Below are positions 1-14,389 of a stretch of DNA of 64,000 nt, in pieces (the stretch's first letter is position 1; every line of letters starts with the position of its first letter). Source of the DNA: Lytechinus pictus (lineage: Eukaryota); the NCBI RefSeq assembly GCF_037042905.1, contig NC_087245.1:30196001-30260000 (forward strand), read 5' to 3'. Under the pieces are notes generated by a model that was not told the origin of the DNA, did not search any database, and saw nothing but the letters and a program-made list of their open reading frames with translations. The translations under genes were made by a program, and so were the position numbers.

Positions 1-299
1 AATAGTACATGGACCTTTTCTATTCAAGAAGGATTGCTTCAAAACTGTCAATATTCTTTATTACAAAATTAAGGAGTTAGAAGTATCGAATGAAATAATT
101 GTTTATAACACGTCAAGTAATATTTGCCGTCCAAGTTATCGATGTTTATAAAGGTGCCACGTCTTGCTCATGCCCTGCCACTTGAAGCTGCTCTGCCAGT
201 ATCAAAAGTATTTGGAGTCTCTGTGGTAGAAGAGGCGGCATTTTGAAGGACGTCAGAAGATCAATCTCTTTAAATATACCCCACCACATAGGGGGGGGG

Positions 300-684
300 G
301 GGGGGGCTTACGTTCATCGCAAGTGCATGCAGTTGCAACCTGCGCGTAAGAAAGGACGGCGTACGTGAGCAGCACGTGTAAGTACGGCCTCCATTCCAAA
401 ATGTGTCGAACGCACGGAGATCGTACGTTGTAAGCAGGTACAACTCACTCCACACGTGCGCGACGTACATTGCACGCAATCGCTCACTGCAAGGCGTGAC
501 ACGCGGGCAGCGCACGCACTACGTACTTACACCTTGCGTAGTCGTACGAGTGACGTGCGTCGACGCACTTGCTCCCTGCGTTCGCCACTTTTCCCTACGT
601 TTTCAGAAAAACGCAGCGACCGTAGCCTCCCCCAAACAACGTACGGCCAAAAAAACCGTACGGCGGCTTGTGACCAGGGCTTTA
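300..684. mobile_element. Remnant end of a non-autonomous DNA transposon (PIF/Harbinger-like terminus)
   Basis: CGTAC/GCACG-rich tract ending TGTGACCAGGGC-TTTA. A similar terminus (TGTGACAGGGCC-TTAA) ends the tract at 7930-8412. No partner TIR seen. Confidence 0.4.
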
Positions 685-1887
685 CTGAGGGAATATAATC
701 ATTTTGAGTTGTGGTTTCGTTGAGAACACTTGTTATGTGTGAATCATCACAAATTTAATTCCCTCCTCCTCCCCTCTTAGACCACCTGTCATACGTTATC
801 ATAATTAAATTACATAATCACGGGTCCGGTAGTGAATTGGCGGAAAATTGATATTGTCTTTAGATTTATTTATAGTCTTAAGGGCGCTACAGTACGCCCT
901 CAAATTGAGTACCCATGGAGAACATTCAATTAAGCTATCATGCCTGTGCAATTTGCTGGTGCCTCAGACTGTGTTGGTATTGTTTAGTTGTCGAAGCTTT
1001 GCTTGGCAGTAAGGGGATTTTCTCCTCCTTCGACCATGGAGGTTTTCACCCTTACCTGAGGTTCGCAGCACTTTGCACTCGAGCAGGTGGTGCATTTATA
1101 TTACCCCTGCCCGGTCATTGCTAGAATGATTTCAGCAGTTGGTTTATGAGTTAGGATGTTGGTATGTCTGTTCTATCCGAACATACATTGCACATCTTTT
1201 GTGCGGTAAATTGTACAATTTTTGAGCCCCTGTGCCTATCTTACGTAACTTTGGCCGGCTTCACCATACCTTAGCAGGAAGGTGTATTGTTTTCAATTAT
1301 CTGAGATCGGATGTATTGGCCATTGCGTCTTAATTATGCCCCATTTATTTCATGTTGTGCCCTTGTTTCCTCGTCCGTATAGTTTGACACCCTATCATGT
1401 GGAGAGGGATTTTGTTGGGGCAGTGTTTATTAATGTTGTGCCCTTTGAATGTTTCCTCGTCTGTAGAGGTGGGCACCCTATGCAGAGAGAGAATAATATT
1501 GTTTGCGTCATTATGCACCCCGGGTAGGGATATATATGTGCGGACGCGGGGCGGACGCCTTAGTAAATTGTGATTGAATTATCGGATAAAATATACCCGG
1601 GTCCTTCAAGTAGTTATGCTGAAGCCGTCCTCTTTAATTAAGTGGTATACCCATTTTATGAAGTTATAACATTGAACTTAGGATGGAGATCTACAGATTT
1701 AAGAATCGTAATATTATGTATTCAAATTATGTCAGTATAAATTCATCCCACAACATTCATGTTGTAATCGTCAAGATTATTAAGCCTATTCACATAATGT
1801 ATTATGTAATATGTATGAGATTAAAACCACAACCAATGGCACACCTTAGTTTCTTGTGCTTGTGTGAATTGTGAGTGTAAATAATCA

Positions 1888-3007
1888 TTCACAAAAGAAT
1901 ACTATGTCCATTAAACCAAGATGACCTTTGACCATGATCATGTGACCTAAGACATATGCAAAACAATTATTAGTACTTGATTACCCTTACACTGTATGTC
2001 CAAGTTTCATGAACTCGATCTATAAACATTAAAGTTATGATAATTCCACCATTATATCCCCTACACTTTCAAAGTTTGTTGACCCTAAATGACCTTTGAC
2101 CTAGATGAAGTGACATGAAACTTGCACAAGATGTGCAGGGATACGTCTAAGTTTCATAATGAGCTCGCACTTCGTGCTCGGAGTATTATATTTTTACATT
2201 TTCCTTCATGTGTTCAGGTCAGTAAATAAATACTTTCTGTTCGCGTCCAATTAGGCCTACAGATGCGGAATCCGTGCATGTGTAAAGAAAATTTAAATTT
2301 TTCAACTAAGAATATAAAAAAATTTCAGCTCACACTTCGCGCTCGTATTCAAGTCTAAATCTAGAAAAAAATACCAACTCGCGCTTCGCGCTCGCACTAC
2401 TTAATTCATGATTGCAAAAAGTATTTCGAAAGTCAAATTCTCAGGTTTTGAAATAAACAAAATTTTAGGTCGCACTTCGCGCTTGCAAATGTTATTTAGT
2501 ACTATGCCCACCTTTTTCATGGTTACATACAACTCGCTTATTTACTGTGCTCTTTATTAAACTGTGATAACCAGTTCAGTTTTCAGCTCGGATATCTGAA
2601 TTTGTTTTTTTCCCGTCAGCTCTCGCTTCGGGCTCTATAGTGAGAAATGAATTATATTCATGAGTCAATGCAACAGTCATTTATTACATTATTGTTTAGT
2701 TGTTAACGGACATTATTCATAGTGTTTATAATGTCCAAATTTCAGATCGTATATCCATCCTCTTCATGATTACAATCGAGTGTTCAGGTCGAAATATAAA
2801 CATTTTCAATGAGCGCGAATGGTAATTTATATTGAGGCCACATGAAATACGTTGTCTTGTTTCTAAGAATGAAAGTTTAGTTAGGACTTACTCCAAGAAA
2901 ATAAAATCAGATTTTGGCGGCAGTAACGGGGAAAATGTGAATGAAACATTTTTTTCCCGCCCCCTTCCCTTCTATTGATAACTTGAGCTGGATCTGTCCC
3001 TTGGTAT
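1888..3007 (+). repeat. Local duplication of 3575-7619 with a large internal deletion
   Basis: 1888-2157 matches 3575-3948 and 2160-3007 matches ~6740-7619 at high identity by eye; both copies end at CTGTCCCTTGGTATGA. Confidence 0.85.
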
Positions 3008-3482
3008 GAAGGTTAAGGGTCTAAATCTAAAAAAAAAAATAATCTCGTGCTTGGTGCTTGCATCATATATTCAGGGGCGGATCCAGCCTTCGCCAATAGG
3101 GGGGAGGGGCGAGTTTTGTTTCACCCATATTTTCCCTGATCGGACGCTCGAAGATGATTTTTGTTTGTTTCTTTGTTGGGGTAGTCCTAATATTCACTTC
3201 TTAGCTTTATTCTTAGAAATCAAAATAAATACAGTATATAATATAATCCTTATTTATATAATGCGAAGCGCGAGCTAAAGATTTTGGAAATCTTATGTAT
3301 TTTTTCCTAAAAATTTGAACATTCTGGGCAATGTTTGTTATCCTGAAAAAGATGTGTATGGGTAATGCAACTAAATAATCTAAATAATTACTACGAACGC
3401 GAAACGCAAGTAGAAATGAACAGATGGAAAAGGTACTTGTTAAACACTGCATACAGTTAGCCTTGAAGACGTTTCAGATTTT

Positions 3483-4254
3483 AAACAAGTGGAACGCCTC
3501 TGGCAGTCTCGCCTGCATTACGCAATTCGATATAGCAGCAGTGCCGAATTTGAAAACAGCTATTAAATAATTATACACAAAATAATACTATGTCCATTAA
3601 ACCAAGATGACCTTTGACCATGATCATGTGACCTAAGACATGTGCAAAACAATTATTAATACTTGATTACCCTTATGTCTATGTTTCATGTTTCATTCAT
3701 ACACAAAGTTCATTGACCCTAAATGATCTTTGATTTTGGTCATGTGACCAGAAACAAGCACATGATATTCTTGGATACATTATTCTGATGTCCCAAGTTT
3801 CATGAACTAGATCTATAAACAATAACGTTATGATAATTCCACCAATATCCCCCACACTATCAAAGTTTGTTGACCCTAAATGACCTTTGACCTAGGTCAT
3901 GTGATATGAAACTTGTACAAGATGTGCAGGGATACGTCTAAATTTCATAAACTAGATCCATAAAATGTCAAAGTCATGATGACAACTCCTGAAGTACCCC
4001 CAACATGGTCTAAGTTCATTGAACCTAAGTGACCTTTGACCTCGGTCATGTGACCTGAAAATTCAGGCAGGATGTTAATTAGTAATACTTGATTACCCTT
4101 ATGTCCAAGTTTCATGAACTAGGTCTATATACTTTCTAAGTTATGATGACATTTCAAAAATTTAACCTTGGTTAAGATTTCAATGTTGACGACGCCGCCA
4201 CCGTCGGAAAAGCGGCGCCTATAGTCTCGCTCTGCTATGCAGGCGAGGCAAAAA
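3483..4254 (-). mobile_element. Non-autonomous Helentron-associated element (HINE-like)
   Basis: Subterminal inverted repeats TCTCGCCTGCAT (3507-3518) and ATGCAGGCGAGG (4237-4248); A-run flanks with no TSD; internal tandem TGACCTTTGAC-containing units. Confidence 0.7.
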
Positions 4255-4342
4255 TCAAATAATGCGAGCGTGAAGCGCGAGCTATTTTTTTTTGACAATT
4301 CTACCTAAAGAATGGAGATTCTAAGCACTTTTTGAAACTTAA

Positions 4343-4936
4343 AGGACAAGTCCACCTTAACAAAAAGTTGATTTGAATAAAAAGAGAAAAATCCAACAAG
4401 CATAACACTGAAAATTTCATCAAAATCGGATGTAAAATAAGAAGGTTATGACATTTTAAAGTTTTGCTTAATTTCACAGAAGAGTTATATGCACATCCTG
4501 GCGGGTATGCAAATGAGGAGACTAATGACGTCACCATCTCACCATTTCTTGTGTGTTTTATTATATGAAATAGGGAGTATTCCATTTTTCTCCTCATAGT
4601 CAAGTGAAACAAAGATTAATTCCTCCCTGAACATATGGAATAAGCATTGTTTTATACTATATGATTCAGTCAAGTTGGACCTTAATGTCAAATCTATAAA
4701 AAATGAAATATTGTGTAATTCAAACAATAAAAAAACAAAAGAAATATTGAGTAAGGGACATCATCGACTTTCTCATTTGAGTTGTGCATATCATTGTTTT
4801 ATGAAAAATAAGCAAAACTTTAAAGTCTCATAAATTTCTTATTTTACATCCGATTTTGATGAAATTTTCAGCGTTTTGCTAGGTTGATTTTTCTCTATTG
4901 ATTCAAATTAACATTTTTCTGGGGTGGACTTGACCT
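4343..4936. mobile_element. MITE with TTAA TSD and AG termini (Kolobok-like)
   Basis: TTAA|AGGACAAGTCCACC ... GGTGGACTTGACCT|TTAA; the inverted similarity extends over 100 bp inward. Confidence 0.8.
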
Positions 4937-4939
4937 TTA

Positions 4940-6515
4940 AACAGAATAGGTAATTGATGCAAGCGCGAAGCGCGAGAGAAAAAAGTCGAGATTTAGACCT
5001 AAAAACGGGACACTCTATTCATGTTTTGTAAATCATGAAAAGAATGAGTAATAGGGGACTTTTGTACATTAATAATGCGAGCACAAAGCGCGAGCAGAAA
5101 ATTTTTGATATTGTGATCTGAAACTGGATAATGATTTATATTAAGAGAACAAGTTGAGTATCTGAATAAACATGTGCACGCGTGTTCCATATTTAGACCT
5201 AGAATCTAGGCATTCTAAATATCTTTGTTATTATGAAAATCAAAGCGAGCGCGAAGCGCGAGCTTAAACGATTTGATATTCCGATCTGAAAAAAAGATTC
5301 AATTTCACTTCTATATTTCAAGTACTTTGTAGGGAAATTATGAGGTGGATATAGATCGAACTTAATAAAAAGCTTATATTGTTCATTATTACAACTTTGA
5401 GTTTTGACATATTACTGGGACATCCATAGGACATGTCATAATATGAAAATGATGACTGTCTTCCTATTTCTCTTGCTATAAGCGCGAGATAAAACAAAAG
5501 AGACAATTTCATTATTAAATTAATATCTTATTCATGAATGCCTAATGAAGGCGCGAAATCTGATGATATTATGGCCTGAAACTGGACATTTCAAGCACTT
5601 TTATAAAAAGGATGCATTAGTTAATATATTTTTAACCATTAGTGCGAGTGTAAATTGCGAGCCTAAATTTTTTATACACTCATGAAAAGGGGATTTTAAG
5701 TAGTTTGTTGTATAATCAATATTGAGACATACATAACTCGCCAAATCAAAATGCGAGCGTGCAGCGCTAGCTGATACGTTTTGACAATCAGATATGAAAA
5801 GGGATACTTTGAAAACGTTATGGAATACACGAAAATAATAGGTATCTGATAAGTCAAAATTTGAAAGTGCGCAGCAGAAAATGTTAATATTCATTCAGAC
5901 CATAAAACTGACATTTATATAGAGCACTTTCCGAGATGAAATATGTTTTGGATTTTTACTTCCAAACTTGATATCTAAACTCCATATTGAACAAGACATG
6001 AAAATTCACCTACCAGGCAATGCGAGCGCGAAGCGTGAGCAAAAATTTTGTATATAGTGACATGAAAGAATCTTTTTATTTTCTAAATCTTCCTCTCATC
6101 TTATTTTATTCACTCGTCTTCCGCCTCTTCTTCTTTTCCTCTCTTTTTTATTCTCTTTTTTTTTTCTTTTCCTTTCTTTCGTTTTTATCCTTTTTTTGCT
6201 CTGTTTATTTAATAAGATCCATATCCTCTTCACAATTTTTCTTCATTCATGTCTTTGCAAAGTGCTTCAGAAGTTCCCTTTCGCGTCACTTTTTTTTTAT
6301 ATAAAATATTTCAGCTCGCATTATGTTTAATTGAGATACACAGCATGTCCAATTACAGATGCGGAATATCCGAGTTTGTTGTTTATATAAAATCGTGTAA
6401 ATGATTTAGATTTCAAGTAAAAAAAATTCACCTCGCGCTCGTATTATTCATTGATACTCTTCTTTTTCATGATTACAAAAACTGCATGGAATGTCCGATT
6501 TCTAAAGTCTAAATG

Positions 6516-6552
<37 letters not shown>

Positions 6553-7500
6553 GCTCGCGCATCGCGCTCACATAACTCGTTCGATTTGATGCCCATCGTG
6601 TTCAAGATTGCAAAATAAAATGTTTAGAATGTTCAATTACCAGGTTGTAAAATCAAAGTTATCAGTCCGCACAACTATCCAACAGTGATTAGTATGTTCC
6701 GGGTTTAAGGTCAAAAATTTATATAAAAAAAAAGAAAATGAGCTCGCACTTTGTGCTCGGAGTATCACATTTTTACATTTTCCTTCATGTTGGACAGTAG
6801 TTTAAAGGTTCCCGTTCAGGCCAGTAAATAAATACTTTCTGCTCGCGTCCAATTAGGCCTACAGATGTGGAATCCGTGCATGTGTAAAAAAAAGTTAAAT
6901 TTTTCAACTAAGAATATCAAAAATTTTCAGCTCACACTTTGCGCTCGTATTCAAGTCTAAATCTAGAAAAAAATACCAACTCGCGCTTCGCGCTCGCACT
7001 ACTAAATTCATGATTGCAAAAAGTATTTTGTATGTCATATTCTCATGAAGGTTATGAAATAAACAAAATTTTAGGTCGCACTTCGCGCTTGCAAATGTTA
7101 TTTAGTACTATGCCCACCTTTTTCATGGTTACATACAACTCGCTTATTTACTGTGCTCTTTATTAAACTGTGATAACCAGTTCAGTTTTCAGCTCGGATA
7201 TCTGAATTTGTTTTTTTCCCGTCAGCTCTCGCTTCGGGCTCCATAGTGAGAAATGTATTCTATTCATGAGTCAATGCAACAGTTATTTATTACATTATTG
7301 TTTAGTTGTTAACGGATATTATTCATAATTAGTGTTTATAATGTCCAAATTTCAGATCGTATATCCATCGTCTTCATGATTACAATCGAGTGTTCAGGTC
7401 AAAATATAAACATTTTCAATGAGCGCGAATGGTCATTTATATTGAGGCCACATGAAATACGTTGTCTTGTTTCTAAGAATGAAAGTTAAGTTAGGACTAA
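4940..7500. repeat. Degenerate repeat family built on GCGCGAAGCGCGAG / CTCGCGCTTCGCGC motifs
   Basis: Motif recurs roughly every 100-150 bp in AT-rich spacers and switches orientation near 6050-6300. The same family occurs at 2160-3420, 14130-14550 and 56600-57950. Confidence 0.7.
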
Positions 7501-7929
7501 CTCCAAAAAAATAAAATCAGATTTTGGCGGCAGTAACGGGGAAAATGTGAATGAAACATTTTTTTTTCCCGCCCCCTTCCCTTCTATTGATAACTTGAGC
7601 TGAATCTGTCCCTTGGTATGACGAAAGAAAATGTGACTAATGATAATGAAGAACCCTACCATGCCACATGGGATCGTCGAACGTCGGGAGTCGGTACTGA
7701 TATTTGTCGGTAATCAGAGCCTCCACCCCCTCCCGCCCCCCTCCCCCACCACCACTGGAAATGGCCTCGCGATTCCCCTGTCTGTGGCCTCCGTGTCGGC
7801 GACCTCGTGGTCAGTATCGTTGTTGTTGTTGTTTTAGCTTATACGGCGCGTGTCATTCAGTAGTGAATATATCGTGTGTGTGTGTGTGTGTATTTGAGTT
7901 TTGTCAGACGTGTATCAATCATATATGAT

Positions 7930-8412
7930 TATTTACGTCTGGGACCGACCTTTAACGTCACCATCCGAAAGACGTGACCAGGGCTCGAACCTCTGCATCA
8001 ATTTGTAACTTCCCCGCATAGCTTGGATTACAGGCGCACGCCACAACGCCCAGTTGATTCGGTCGTCAATGGTCTCAGCACGAGGCGTGTTTATTAATAG
8101 GAATGACGATTGCCCAATGCTTGCACCTTGTACGCATCTTACACGCAGGTAAGATTGCGCTAGATAACACGCAGGTTGGCAGTAGATAACACGCAGGGCA
8201 CGTATGGCCACGTACGTCGCCCGCAATTTACACGGAAGCTTGCACTTGCCTCGCCCGCAGGTCACACGCAATGCACGCAAGTCGACAGTAGATTGCACGC
8301 ATCCCGGACGCAGAACTTGTGTGAAAATTCTTGTTTGCCAGCAGGAATTTTGTTGCATGCTGCCCGGAACTCACCCGCAAGGCTTGCACGGAACGATGTG
8401 ACAGGGCCTTAA
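7930..8412. mobile_element. Remnant of a non-autonomous DNA transposon (Harbinger-like end)
   Basis: GC-rich CACGCA-repeat tract ending TGTGACAGGGCC-TTAA. Confidence 0.4.
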
Positions 8413-8675
8413 TACTAATGGCAACACTGCCGTGTGTTGCTGCCCTCTACGTTCATTGGGTCAAATGTTAAATAATGTTTGGCCAAGAGCTCTATAACTC
8501 TCTAAACTATTGTGGTGGCAGCATACTACTTTAAAAGTTGGATAGGGTCTCGCGTTACAATATATAGCTTTAGGTAGTACAATGATCTAACATTTTTAAT
8601 TTATATTTCTTTACAGAAATTAAACTTATATAGGATGATTTCTGACTTTACTTCAATGTCGGTGAACTTAGTGGT

Positions 8676-11600
8676 TACGAATAAGGAACAACGTATTTCG
8701 AATAAGTAACAATTAACATATTTTGAATAAGTAACAATGTATTTCGAATAAGTAACTGGGTATTTCGAATAAGTAACTGCGTATTTTGAATAAGTAACTA
8801 CGTATTTCGAATAAGTAACTGGGTATCTGAATAGATAAATGGGAATTTTGAATAAGTAACTGCGTATTTTAAATAAGTCACTGGGTATTTCAAATAAATA
8901 ACTGGGTATTTTAAATAAGTAACTGAGTATTTCGAATGAGTAACTGCGTATTTCGAATATGTAACTGCGTATTTCAAATAAGTAACTACGTATTTCGAAT
9001 AAGTAACTACGTATTTCGAATAAGTAACAAGTAATCAACTTCACATTTTGAATAAGGAATAAGTAACTCACTTCACATTTTAAATAAGCAATAAGGAATA
9101 AGTAACTAACTTAACTAAGTTCACATTTTGAATAAGGAAAAAGTAATAAGTAATAAATACGTATTTTGAATAAGTAACTACGTAATTCCAATAAGTAACT
9201 GGGTATTTCGAATAAGTAACTGGGTATTTCGAATAAGTAACTGGGTATTTGAATAAGTAACTGAGTATTTCGAATGAGTAACTGCGTATTTCGAATATGT
9301 AACTGCGTATTTGGAATAAGTAACTACGTATTTCGAATAAGTAACTACGTATTTCGAATAAGTAACAAGTAACCAACTTCACATTTTGAATAAGGAATAA
9401 GTAACTAACTTCACATTTCAAATAAGCAATAAGGAATAAGTAACTAACTTAACTAAGTTCACATTTTGAATAAGGAATAAGGAATAAGTAATAAGTAATA
9501 AATACGTATTTTGAATAAGTAACTACGTAATTCAAATAAGTAACTGGGTATTCCGAATAAGTAACTGTGTATTTCGAATAAGTAACTGGGTATTTGAATA
9601 AGTAACTGGGTATTTTGAATAAGTAACTGGGTATTTCGAATAAGTAACTGGGTATTTGGAATAAGTAACTGTGTATTTTGAATATGTAACTGCGTAATTC
9701 AAATCAGTAACTGCGTATTTCGAATAAGTAACTGCGTATTTGGATAAGTCGAATAAGAAATTATGTATTTGAATAAGTAACTACGTTTTTCGAATAAGTA
9801 ACTACCTATTTCGAGTAAGTAACTATGTATTTTGAATATGTAACTACATATTTCGAATGACTTAACTACGTATTTCGAATAAGTAACTGGGTATTTCGAA
9901 TAAGTAACTGGGTATTTCGAATAATTAACTCAGTATTTCCAATAAGTAACTGCGTATTTTGAATACGTAACTGCGTATTTCTATTAAGTAACTACGTATT
10001 TCAAATAAGTAACTACGTATTTCAAATAAGTAGCTGGGTATTTCGAATAAGTAACTGGGTATTTCGAATATGTAACTGGGAATTTGAATTAGTAACTGGG
10101 TAGTTCGAATAAGTAACTGCGTATTTCAAATAAGTAACTGTGTATTTCGAATAAGTAACTGTGTATTTGAATAAGTCAAATAAGAAACTATGTATTTGAA
10201 TAAGTAACTACGTTTTTCGAATAAGTAACTACATATTTTAAATTAGTAACTACGTATTTTGGGTATTTCGAATAAGTAACTCGGTATCTGAATAAGTAAA
10301 TGGGAATTTTGAATAAGTAAGTGCGTATTTCAAATAGGTAACTGGGTATTTGAAGAAGTAACTGGGTATTTTGAATAAGTAACTGGGTATTTTGAATAAA
10401 TGACTGGGTTTTTGAATAAGTAACTGGGAATTTTGAATAAGTAACTGCGTATTTCGAATAAGGAACTTGGTATTCGAATAAGTAACTACGTATTTCGAAT
10501 AAGTAACTGGGTATTTCGAATAAGTAACTGGGTATTTCGAATAAGTAACCGGGTATTTGAATAAGTAACTGGGTATTTCGAATAAGTAACTGGGTATTTC
10601 GAATAAGTAACTGCTTATTTCGAATAAGTAACTGCGTTTTTCAAATAAGTAACTGCGTATTTGAATAAGTCGAATAATAAACTATGTATTTGAATAAGTA
10701 ACTACGTTTTTTGAATAAGTAACTACGTATTTTGAATAAGTAACTATGTATTTTGAATAAGTAACTACATATTTCGAATAACTTGATTACGTATTTTGAA
10801 TAAGTAACTGGGTATTTCGAAAAAGTAACTACGTATTACAAATAAGTAACTACGTATTTCAAATAAGTAACTGCGTATTTTGAATAAGTAACTGGGTATT
10901 TCGAATAAGTAACTGGGTATTTCGAATAAAGTAACTGCGTATTTTGAATAAGTAACTGCGTATTTTGAATAAGTAACTCGGTATTTTGAATAAGTAACTG
11001 CGTATTTGAATAAGTCGAATAAGTAACTATGAATTTGAATAAGTAACTACGTTTTTCTAATAAGTCACTACGTATTTCAAATAAGTAACTACTTATTTCG
11101 AATAAGTAACTGGGTATTTCGAATGAGTATTTCAAATAAGTCACTACGTTTTTCGAATAAGTTACTACGTATTTCAAAAAAAGTAACTATGTATTTGAAT
11201 AAGTAACTACATTTTTCGAATAAGTAAATACGTATTTCGAATAAGTAACAAGTAACCAACTTCACATTTTGAATAAGGAATAAGTAACTAACTTCACATT
11301 TTAAATAAGCTATAAGGAATAAGTAACTAACTTAACTAAGTTCACATTTTGAATAAGGAATAAGTAATAAGTAATAAATACGTATTTTGAATAAGTAACT
11401 GGGTATTTTGAATAAGTAACTGGGTATTTCGAATAAGTAACTGGGTATTTGAATAAGTAACTGGGTATTTTGAATAAGTAACACTGTATTTCGAATAAGT
11501 AACTGGGTATTTCGAATAAGTAACTGGGTATTTGGAATAAGTAACTGTGTATTTTGAATATGTAACTGCGTAATTCAAATCAGTAACTGCGTATTTCGAA

Positions 11601-13952
11601 TAAGTAACTGCGTATTTGGATAAGTCGAATAAGAAATTATGTATTTGAATAAGTAACTACGTTTTTCGAATAAGTAACTACCTATTTCGAGTAAGTAACT
11701 ATGTTTTTTGAATATGTAACTACATATTTCGAATGACTTAACTACGTATTTCGAATAAGTAACTGGGTATTTCGAAAAAGTAACTACGTATTTCAAATAA
11801 GTAACTGGGTATTTCGAATATATAACTGGGTATTTCCAATGAGTAACTGAGTATTTCCAATTAGTAACTGCGTATTTTGAATACGTAACTGCGTATTTCG
11901 AATAAGTAACTACGTATTTCAAATAAGTAACTACATATTTCAAATAAGTAACTTGGTATTTCGAATAAGTAATTGGGTATTTCGAGTAAGTAACTGGGAA
12001 TTTGAATAAGTAACTGGGTATTTCGAATAAGTAACAGGGTATTTCGAATAAGTAACTGGGTTTTTGAATAAGTAACTGGGAATTTTGAATAAGTAACTGC
12101 GTATTTTGAATAAGGAACTTGGTATTCGAATAAGTAACTACGTATTTCGAATAAGTAACTGCGTATTTTGAATAAGTAACTGTGTATTTCGAATAAGTAA
12201 CTGGGTATTTTGAATAAAGTAACTGCGTATTTTGAATAAGTAACTACGTATTTCGAATAAGTAACTGGGTATTTTGAATAAATAACTGCGTATTTCAAAA
12301 AAGTAACTGCGTATTTGAATAAGTTGAATAAGTAACTATGTATTTGAATAAGTAACTACGTTTTTCTAATAGGTAACTACGTATTTCGAATAAGTAACTA
12401 CTTATTTCGAATAAGTAACTGGTATTTCGAATGAGTATTTCAAATAAGTCACTACATTTTTCGAATAAGTTACTACGTATATCAAAAAAAGTAACTATGT
12501 ATTTGAATAAGTAACTACATTTTTCGAATAAGTAACTACGTATTTCAAATAAGTAACTACATTTTTCTAATAATTAACTGGGTATTTCGAATAAGTAACT
12601 GGGTATTTGAAGAAGTAACTGGGTATTTAAAGAAGTAAGTAGGTATTTCGAATAAGTAACTGCGTATTTGAATAAGTCAAATAAGAAACTACGTATTTCG
12701 AATAAGTAACTACATTTTTCGAATAAGTAACTACATATTTTGAATAAGTAACTACGTATTTCAAATAAATAACTGGGTATTTCGAATAAGTAACTGGGTA
12801 TCTGAATAAGTAAATGGGAATTTTGAATTATCGTGGAGCGTTGTGGCCCAGTGGATTAGTCTTCGGACTTTGAAACAGAGGGTCGTGGGTTCGAATCCCA
12901 GCCATGGCGTAATTTCCTTCAGCAAGAAACTGATCCACAGTGTGCTGCACTCAACCCAGGTGAGGTAAATGGGTACCGGTAGGAAGTAATTCCTTAAAAA
13001 GCTGTGTGCGCTATGAACGCCTAGCTTAGCCGGGTAATATAGGAGCGCCTCGAGCACCTAACAAGGTGGATATGTGCGCAATATAAATACCCTATATTAT
13101 TATTATAAGTAACTGCGTATTTCAAATAAGTAACTGGATATTTCAAATAAATAACTGGGTATTTCAAATAAGTAACTGAGTATTTCGCATAAGTAACTGC
13201 ATATTTTGAATATGTAACTGCGTATTTTGAATAAGTAACTACGTATTTCGAATTAGTAACTACGTATTTCGAATAAGTAACAAGTAACCAGCTTCACATT
13301 TTGAATAAGGAATAAGTAACTGACTTCATATTTTAAATAAGCAATAAGGAATAAGTAACTAGCTTAACTAAGTTCACATTTTGAATAAGGAATAAGGAAT
13401 AAGTAATAAGTAATAAATACGTATTTTGAATAAGTAACTACTTAATTTGAATAAGTAACTGGGTATTTCGAATAAGTAACTGGGTATTTCGAATAAGTAA
13501 CTGGGTATTTGAATAAGTAACTGGGTATTTCGAATAAGTAACACTGTATTTCGAATAAGTAACTGGGTATTTCGAATAAGTAACTGGGTATTTGGAATAA
13601 GTAACTGTGTGTTTTGAATATGTAACTGTGTAATTCAAATCAGTAACTGCGTATTTCGAATAAGTAACTGCGTATTTCGAATAAGTAACTGCGTATTTGA
13701 ATAAGTCGAATAAGAAACTATGTATTTGAATAAGTAACTACGTTTTTCGAATAAGTAACTACCTATTTCCAATAAGTAACTATGTATTTTGAATATGTAA
13801 CTTCATATTTCGAATAACTTAACTACGTTTTTCGAATAAGTAACTGGGTATTTCGAAAAAGTAACTACGTATTTCGAATAAGTAACAGGGTATTTCGAAT
13901 AAGTAACTGGGTATTTGAATAAGTAAATAAGTAACTGGGTATTTGAATAAGT
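8676..13952. repeat. ~21-bp minisatellite/satellite, consensus TATTTCGAATAAGTAACT(GGG/ACG/GCG), with higher-order blocks
   Basis: Directly visible tandem array; the YSKYPVT / LFEIRSY ORFs are its translation. Confidence 0.95.
12830..13106 (+). mobile_element. tRNA-derived SINE inserted in the satellite
   Basis: A box TGGCCCAGTGG, B box GGTTCGAATCC, anticodon-like loop CTTTGAA, (TAT)n tail; near-identical copy at 19545-19817. Confidence 0.9.
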
Positions 13953-14389
13953 GAAAAAGTTTAAATATTTATATGTATTTTGCACCATATGATTATAACT
14001 TCATATGTTTTTTATCCTTGTTAAATCAGGATATTGATGTCAAACAGCAATTCAGCTGATCTTTTTATCGTGAATAAAATTTTTCTAATAAATAAATAAA
14101 TAAATAATTACTGATAAAAGGGCATCCTTGCGAGATGTTGCGAGCGCGAATCACGAGATCAAACTTTTGGAAATTTTTTGTAGTAAGACATGAAAAGTAA
14201 ACATTCCGAGCAGTTTTTGTAATTAGAAAAAAAAGGATGTGAATCTAAAGAATTACCGCGAGCGCATGCTGAAATTTTTATTGTACTGACCAGAAAAGGA
14301 ACATTTTAAAGACTACATTAATATAGTGACTCATGAATAGGATACGGGCTACATTTCTCACCAATTGAATAATGCGAGCGCGAAGCGTG

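Noticed and set aside
7620..7850. GC-rich possible exon (also 140-270, 17714-17768, 19830-19937)
   Set aside because: Open frames exist, but no recognisable domain or convincing splice-site pair.
12834..12905. Functional tRNA-Gln gene (also 19549-19620, and tRNA-Met-like at 62785)
   Set aside because: Imperfect stems, each followed by a SINE body and simple-repeat tail.
8601..13988. Many minus-strand ORFs (YSKYPVT / LFEIRSY)
   Set aside because: They are translations of the 21-bp satellite, with frequent frame shifts.
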